Shown here piece after piece: positions 58,939 through 64,000 of a DNA stretch of 64,000 nt. Below the pieces are notes generated by a model, which saw only the letters and a program-made list of their open reading frames with translations, ran no database searches and had not been told where the DNA came from. Each line of letters starts with the position of its first letter. Position 1 is the first letter of the stretch. The translations under genes were made by a program, and so were the position numbers. This DNA comes from Spirochaetales bacterium (GTDB lineage Bacteria > Spirochaetota > Spirochaetia > JABMQR01), in contig JAGYPA010000017.1 in the NCBI GenBank assembly GCA_018399255.1, positions 6,130-70,129 on the forward strand, written 5' to 3'.

Positions 58939-59835
58939 ATGAAACAGACAGAATTGATACATAGACTGAATCATCCTGGCAGAAAAGTCCGAATAGTTAT
59001 CGATTCGGATACCTATAACGAAGTTGACGACCAGTTTGCCTTGGCTTATGCCCTTAAATCTCCCTCTGCCATCTCTGTGGAAGCCATTTATGCCGCTCCC
59101 TTTTACAATGACAGGGTTTCCGGCCCGGAAGAGGGGATGGAGAAAAGTTACGAAGAGATCCTGAAAATTCTATCGTTGATGAATGTCTCTCTTGAGGACC
59201 GGGTGTTTAAAGGATCCAGAAGCTGCCTTCCCGACCGCCGGTCACCCGTGGAAAGCGACGCTGCCAGTGATCTTGCGGCAAGGGCCATAGCCATGGAAGA
59301 TGAGCCCCTTTACGTGGTTGCCATCGGTGCCCCGACCAATATCGCATCGGCCATTCTGATGAAACCTGAGATTATCAATAAGATCGTCATCATTTGGCTT
59401 GGGGGACAGGCCCATCACTTTTCTTACAATGATGAATTTAACCTGAGACAGGATGTCAGCAGTGTCCGCGTACTCTTCGACAGCGGCGTTCCCCTGGTTC
59501 AGATCCCCTGCAAAGGGGTCGCCTCTCATTTGATTACTACCGTGCCCGAGCTTGAATACTATCTGTCGGGGAAAAGCGCTATTGGTGACTACCTTGCCGA
59601 TATTGTCCGGAATTATGCAGAAAATGCCTTCGGATGGTCAAAAGTTATCTGGGATATATCTGCCGTTGCCTGGCTGATCAACCCCGGCTGGTTTTCCTCG
59701 TCCCTGGTTCACAGTCCTGTCATTTCCGATGAACTGAGGTGGAGTTTTGACAGAAGAAGACATTTTATACGGTATGTCGATTTCCTGGACCGGGACAGCA
59801 TCTACGCCGATCTTTTCAGAAGCCTGGCTGATTAG
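58939..59835 (+). CDS. Nucleoside hydrolase (IU-NH family)
   Basis: ..RIVIDSDTYNEVDDQFALAYAL.. is the DxDxxxDD Ca-binding fingerprint. Confidence 0.8.
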   Translation: MKQTELIHRLNHPGRKVRIVIDSDTYNEVDDQFALAYALKSPSAISVEAIYAAPFYNDRVSGPEEGMEKSYEEILKILSLMNVSLEDRVFKGSRSCLPDRRSPVESDAASDLAARAIAMEDEPLYVVAIGAPTNIASAILMKPEIINKIVIIWLGGQAHHFSYNDEFNLRQDVSSVRVLFDSGVPLVQIPCKGVASHLITTVPELEYYLSGKSAIGDYLADIVRNYAENAFGWSKVIWDISAVAWLINPGWFSSSLVHSPVISDELRWSFDRRRHFIRYVDFLDRDSIYADLFRSLAD

Positions 59836-60221
59836 TATCAGGATCCGTCCATCTGATCGGGGTGGCACTTGCCTTTGGTGATAAAGGCTGACCGCGCTAC
59901 GGTTTCAGCATATATGTTCGGTATGACTGAGCAATACCAATACGTCGTAACTCACGTACAGGTTTGTAATTAAGCGGTATTGAACATAGTCTCTCAAATT
60001 GCAATTGTCTCTACTTCTCGTCAACTTCCCTGATACTTTTCCGGTAAATATGCTATAATTATCGTTATCAGTAAATATAGTAATAAAAATTAGCAGCATA
60101 GAGGTTCTGTAAGAGATTATGCATCGGAGGTATCTGATAAGTCATGATAGATACCTTTTTGATAGCTTCCAGTTCTTTTTATGCGAGTTTACGTGGGATT
60201 ACAACAAAGGAGACATTTGAT

Positions 60222-61427
60222 ATGTCGAGAATATGTGAAGAAATCGGGAAAATTCACAAAAATACCCGTCATAGGGTTAAAGATGACGAAAAATCTCAGA
60301 TATACCAGATAATTTGTCTTGAACCAGGCATAACGAGAAAAACTATTGTTAAAAAACTGAACCTGCGACCGACATCAGTGTCTAATATGGTTAGCGAGCT
60401 TATTAACCAAAATCTCGTAATTGAGGGAGAAGTTAAGAATGAAGGAAAAGCTGGAAGACCGGAGATATCATTATCTGCCAACTACAATGTTAGTGTCTGT
60501 ATAGCTGTATATGTGCTCTCAAAGTATCTGAAAGCGGTTGTAGTAAATTTGATAGGGGATGTACTTTTCGAAAATGAGATCTATGTTCCAGAGGAAATAA
60601 CTAATGACGAACTGATGACCAGACTGGTAGGCATCATCAACCCGTTGAAAAATCAGATTCCTGCCGCCTCGAAACTGCTGGGAGTAGGGCTGTCATTTAC
60701 CGGATCTATCAACCGGATAAGCCAGAAGCTGATGAATGAAGTGCGTTGGTCAAATATACAGCGTTTATCACTGAAAGATTTGCGAGATATTGTTGGTTGT
60801 GAGATGACAATCCTCCCCAGTCTTGAAGCTCAGCTGGCACACCTCCTGCTGGAAGTGCCCTCCTATAGAAAAGGAGGTACTCTTCTGTATCATTGGGGAT
60901 ATGGAATAGGTGCCAGTTATGCAAAAAACGGACATATCATAACATCTACCCCCGGTTACGTCATGGAAATCGGACACATACCATTTGACAGCAGCAATAC
61001 AATCAGATGTAAATGTGGACGTATCGGCTGCCTTGAGGCAACTGCTTCCATATGGGCTCTGCAGCAGCAGCTCAAAGATCAGTACCCTGATTTCCCGGAA
61101 GACGAAAATGAACTGAGCAGATATTTGATAAACATTAAACTGGCAGATTCTCCGATTATGAAATATGCGGTGGAGAGTATTGCCAACAGTCTGGCAATTT
61201 TGCATGAAATCCTATTTCCTGACAGGATCATTTTTTTAAGCTCTTTTACGGTCAATCCGCGGCTCTTCGCCGATGTTAAAGAGAAGTTTCTTGAAAACAT
61301 ATCTCTATCTATGCACAAGAATACCGAACTGATACCACTTTCTCCAGAATTTCGGGGGGAAGTATTCGGCAGTACGTACGGACTCTTTCATAAATTTCTC
61401 AGAGAACAACTGATAGCAGCAAATTGA
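60222..61427 (+). CDS. ROK-family transcriptional regulator (NagC/XylR-like)
   Basis: N-terminal HTH, sugar-kinase fold, and ROK zinc motif CKCGRIGCLEATAS. Confidence 0.8.
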   Translation: MSRICEEIGKIHKNTRHRVKDDEKSQIYQIICLEPGITRKTIVKKLNLRPTSVSNMVSELINQNLVIEGEVKNEGKAGRPEISLSANYNVSVCIAVYVLSKYLKAVVVNLIGDVLFENEIYVPEEITNDELMTRLVGIINPLKNQIPAASKLLGVGLSFTGSINRISQKLMNEVRWSNIQRLSLKDLRDIVGCEMTILPSLEAQLAHLLLEVPSYRKGGTLLYHWGYGIGASYAKNGHIITSTPGYVMEIGHIPFDSSNTIRCKCGRIGCLEATASIWALQQQLKDQYPDFPEDENELSRYLINIKLADSPIMKYAVESIANSLAILHEILFPDRIIFLSSFTVNPRLFADVKEKFLENISLSMHKNTELIPLSPEFRGEVFGSTYGLFHKFLREQLIAAN

Positions 61428-61609
61428 TAGTGAAAACAGAAAAAGCTGGAAGTATCCACTTTTCTTATCTTTCAGTATTGGGCCCACCCCAATGAATCCT
61501 CGATTTCTTGAGGTTGATCATTACCATAATTCGTACTATATTTCATTGTCATACAAATAGTGAGGGTTGTGTTGCATTGAAGAAGTTGCTGAACGAAATA
61601 GATTTGAGA

Positions 61610-62281
61610 ATGACTACTCAACTGTTTATCAAAAACTTAATAAAAGAAAACGGCTTAAAGGAAGGTGATTTTCTTCCGACTGAGAAAGAACTATCAGATA
61701 GACTCGGTATTAGCAGGACGGCGATACGTGAAGCCTTGAAAGGCCTGGAGTCTCTAGGAATAACGAAAGCGCATCAGGGAAAAGGGCACTACATCCGGAA
61801 GTTCAACTACGAGGCAGCTCTTCTGTCACTAGATTATTTTGCTCAAATTGACCTCAAGGGTTTCAAGGACCTTTTGGAGGTGAGAATTAATCTGGAACCG
61901 ACATTTCTTGCTCGTGATATAGAAAAATTTACGGAAGAAGATATATATGAGCTCAATAAATTGGTGCTGTCGATGGAGAAAAAGGCAGCCGTCTCTTTTG
62001 ACGAGGTCGCCCTTAGCGATGAACACCGTTTATTTCACGAAAAACTTTTCACCTATGTTGATAACGGATTTCTTCTTGAACTGATGCACATGTTTAGCGT
62101 ACTCCAGCATAAACTCAGTATTCTACATGGATACAATGCTTTCAGCAGTCCGAATTTCATTACTTGTCACCGTGAAATTGTTAAGGCTATTACTCTCCGG
62201 CAGCCAGAAATTGTGAAGGGTGCACTCATTACCCATTACTCAGATACCTACAAATGGGTTGACAGCAACACCACTTCTTAA
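61610..62281 (+). CDS. GntR-family transcriptional regulator (FCD domain)
   Basis: ..LSDRLGISRTAIREALKGLESLGI.. The start is uncertain (ATG 61610 or TTG 61577). Confidence 0.7.
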   Translation: MTTQLFIKNLIKENGLKEGDFLPTEKELSDRLGISRTAIREALKGLESLGITKAHQGKGHYIRKFNYEAALLSLDYFAQIDLKGFKDLLEVRINLEPTFLARDIEKFTEEDIYELNKLVLSMEKKAAVSFDEVALSDEHRLFHEKLFTYVDNGFLLELMHMFSVLQHKLSILHGYNAFSSPNFITCHREIVKAITLRQPEIVKGALITHYSDTYKWVDSNTTS

Positions 62282-62292
62282 TCTGAACTTCC

Positions 62293-63585
62293 TCACGAAA
62301 AAAGCTGTTCTGCTAATTCCACCATGTATGCCTCTGCCAATTCAGCACCTTCATCTGAAAAACGGGTTGATACAGCTTCATAACCGCCTTCCTGATACGT
62401 TTCCTTACATGGCAGATAGCCAAGGTGTCCGTTGGCATACCCTACAATAGCGGTAATAGGAAATGGGGAGCGTTGTTTTACATTCAGTCCGATTGTCACA
62501 AAGAGTTAGCCTGAATACGTGGACTACACGATTTCCTTTTTGTGGCTTCGTAATTGAGACCTATGGTATTTTAGATATCACGTCTGTTTTAACTGATAAC
62601 TATGATCGAAAGAATAAAAGCCTGAACTTATAAATGAAATCAGGTGGATCAGCGACATTGAGTCTCATTTATCTTGTGTCGCAGGTGTCTGTTCCCGGTC
62701 ATTTTCATTTCTTCTATGGGATGAAAGGATTTTAATGGCACCTGCTTTTAACGACTCAGCATGTCACTGACGTATTCATCGTGTGCAGCAGACAATCTCG
62801 CGTACCTACTGGTGGAGAAATATTTCATCAGCAAAGAAGATACTAAATTTATATGTGTTTTAAAATGACTTGAACAAAAGTTCCAGGTATACTCCAAACA
62901 TTAGAATGCCATATTCACACTACTGCTCGCTCTATTGAAAACATAACGACGGCTCTCCGCCCATGAGTTTTTTGAGAGTCCTCATAGCGAAACCCGGATA
63001 GTCGGCGGTGATATATAGATTATCAGGTCCCAGAACAACGGCATGACACGTGTAGTTGACGAAGATCGCTTTTTTTAAGGTTTTGCGCTGCTCAATCACC
63101 ATCACCGCAGTTTGAGGATCGACCGGCTTACCTGTCGGGTTTCTACGGTTTACCCCGATTCCTTCCACCGCTCCTGTGGAGAATCCTATTCTTGCTTCAC
63201 TGCGATCAATCCATGCCTCGTAGATTGCTCCCGCAACCGCATCAACAAGATATTTCCAGTAGTGATCCGGTGCTATCCCTTGTCCGCCGTAATTGTCGTC
63301 GAGCGAAGGTCCTGAATGAGTATGACTAGTAGAGAGCATAATAGAATGTGCAGGAATATCGGTCATATTACTCGCTTTTTCCCGAATTTCATCTACCATT
63401 GCATTGGGGAAACTCACCAGATCGGCAGTCACGATTGAAACCGTACTACCAGATTCAATCACAACCGCTTTGGCATTCAATGAATCATGAATTCCTTTGG
63501 ATGTATCTTTTCTTGCAGCAAAACCTGCTAAGGGATACCCAACGGGCGGAGTTATATCTTTGGATGCAATACCACACAGTAACAT
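62293..63585 (-). pseudogene. Neutral/alkaline ceramidase-like gene disrupted: N-terminal fragment 62932-63585, C-terminal fragment 62293-62499, and ~430 bp of AT-rich non-coding DNA in between
   Basis: The 217-aa fragment has the neutral ceramidase N-terminal catalytic region (..ASKDITPPVGYPLAGF..HTHSGP..). The 68-aa fragment (..IVGYANGHLGYLPCKETYQEGGYEA..) matches a later part of the same domain. In the intervening 62500-62931 no frame codes. Confidence 0.5.
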
Positions 63586-63672
63586 AAAAAACCTCCTACT
63601 TATCAGAATTGAAAATTGAAATAAATACAGCTCATATCTAGGCGGATGGGAGCGTTCTGCTGCTTAAAGCTT

Positions 63673-64000
63673 ACTTTTCCCATGCAAGAGAATAATCCCT
63701 CATAGAAGCAGGGGGATGCCCGCCGGGACCGTATCCTTCAGCAGTAGAGGTTGATCTAAGGGGTACAAACTTGTTATGCAGTGCCTCGGGACAGACGGTA
63801 TATTCCAGAAAACCGAGTGTGGGATCGGCGTCACACCATCGATGCTCAAATTGGGGAAAACAGGTTGCTGGAGCATAGGTAAAAGTAATCCCTTCAAATA
63901 CGTCGGTATGTCGGCAATGAATATGACCGCTGATAACTGTAGTACATCCGACCTTTTTAAATATGCTGAAAAGCAGATCACGATGAGGATGGTCTACGGA
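63673..64000 (-). CDS. Metallophosphoesterase (calcineurin-like), 3' part; continues beyond the window end
   Basis: Reverse-strand translation ..VDHPHRDLLFSIFKKVGCTTVISGHIHCRHTDVFEGITFTYAPA.. contains the GHxH phosphoesterase motif, with a stop at 63673. Not in the ORF track because the start is outside the window. Confidence 0.6.

Noticed and set aside
63700-63981. 93-aa minus-strand ORF from the track
   Set aside because: It is in the wrong frame. The adjacent frame encodes a clear metallophosphoesterase (GHIHCRH motif) that continues beyond the window.

Overview
The window looks like part of the chromosome of a sugar-degrading bacterium at roughly 50% GC. Its carbohydrate loci follow a pattern typical of Firmicutes or spirochaetes: YesM/YesN-type sensor kinases with AraC-type regulators, Lpl-type sugar ABC importers, and families GH31, GH3, GH94 and GH38. 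No tRNA gene, rRNA gene, CRISPR array, integrase or transposase was recognised. The sequence falls into six blocks.

- **1-6 kb:** a VOC-fold protein, an AAA/DUF4143 ATPase, a SWIM zinc-finger protein and a 639-aa protein with an acidic linker and no recognisable domain. Several short tandem-repeat arrays are embedded here.
- **6.6-18.7 kb:** a sensor kinase, response regulator and ABC importer locus with a GH31 alpha-xylosidase. Its large solute-binding protein gene is broken by at least five frameshifts (9702-11424), and the GH3 beta-glucosidase is a repeat-invaded pseudogene (15887-18670).
- **18.7-30.1 kb:** an accessory island. It holds VapBC, a SEC-C-motif protein with coiled coil whose C-terminus resembles RelE/ParE, a HEPN and nucleotidyltransferase pair, a pRiA4b-ORF3-family protein, a UDP-sugar epimerase with an in-frame repeat insertion, Ugd, a second 626-aa paralogue of the acidic-linker protein, and an orphan Phd/YefM antitoxin. 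Three copies of a conserved ~55-nt double-hairpin element punctuate the island, and there are 19-bp tandem arrays.
- **30-41 kb:** a catabolic module. TctCBA and a BKACE-family enzyme (minus strand) face two GntR regulators, a split transketolase, a sugar-phosphate isomerase and a 2-hydroxyacid dehydrogenase.
- **41.6-62.3 kb:** an intact second copy of the kinase, regulator and importer locus, followed by GH94 phosphorylase, a HAD hydrolase, GH38 alpha-mannosidase, a beta-helix protein, an ADP-ribosylglycohydrolase, a URO-D-like protein, a nucleoside hydrolase, and ROK and GntR regulators.
- **62.3-64 kb:** a neutral ceramidase whose middle is replaced by ~430 bp of AT-rich non-coding DNA, and a partial metallophosphoesterase.

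The most interesting signal is the pair of paralogous ~630-aa acidic-linker proteins together with the SWIM protein and the multi-domain SEC-C protein in the toxin-antitoxin-rich island marked by hairpin repeats. The decaying first copy of the duplicated sugar-uptake locus comes second.
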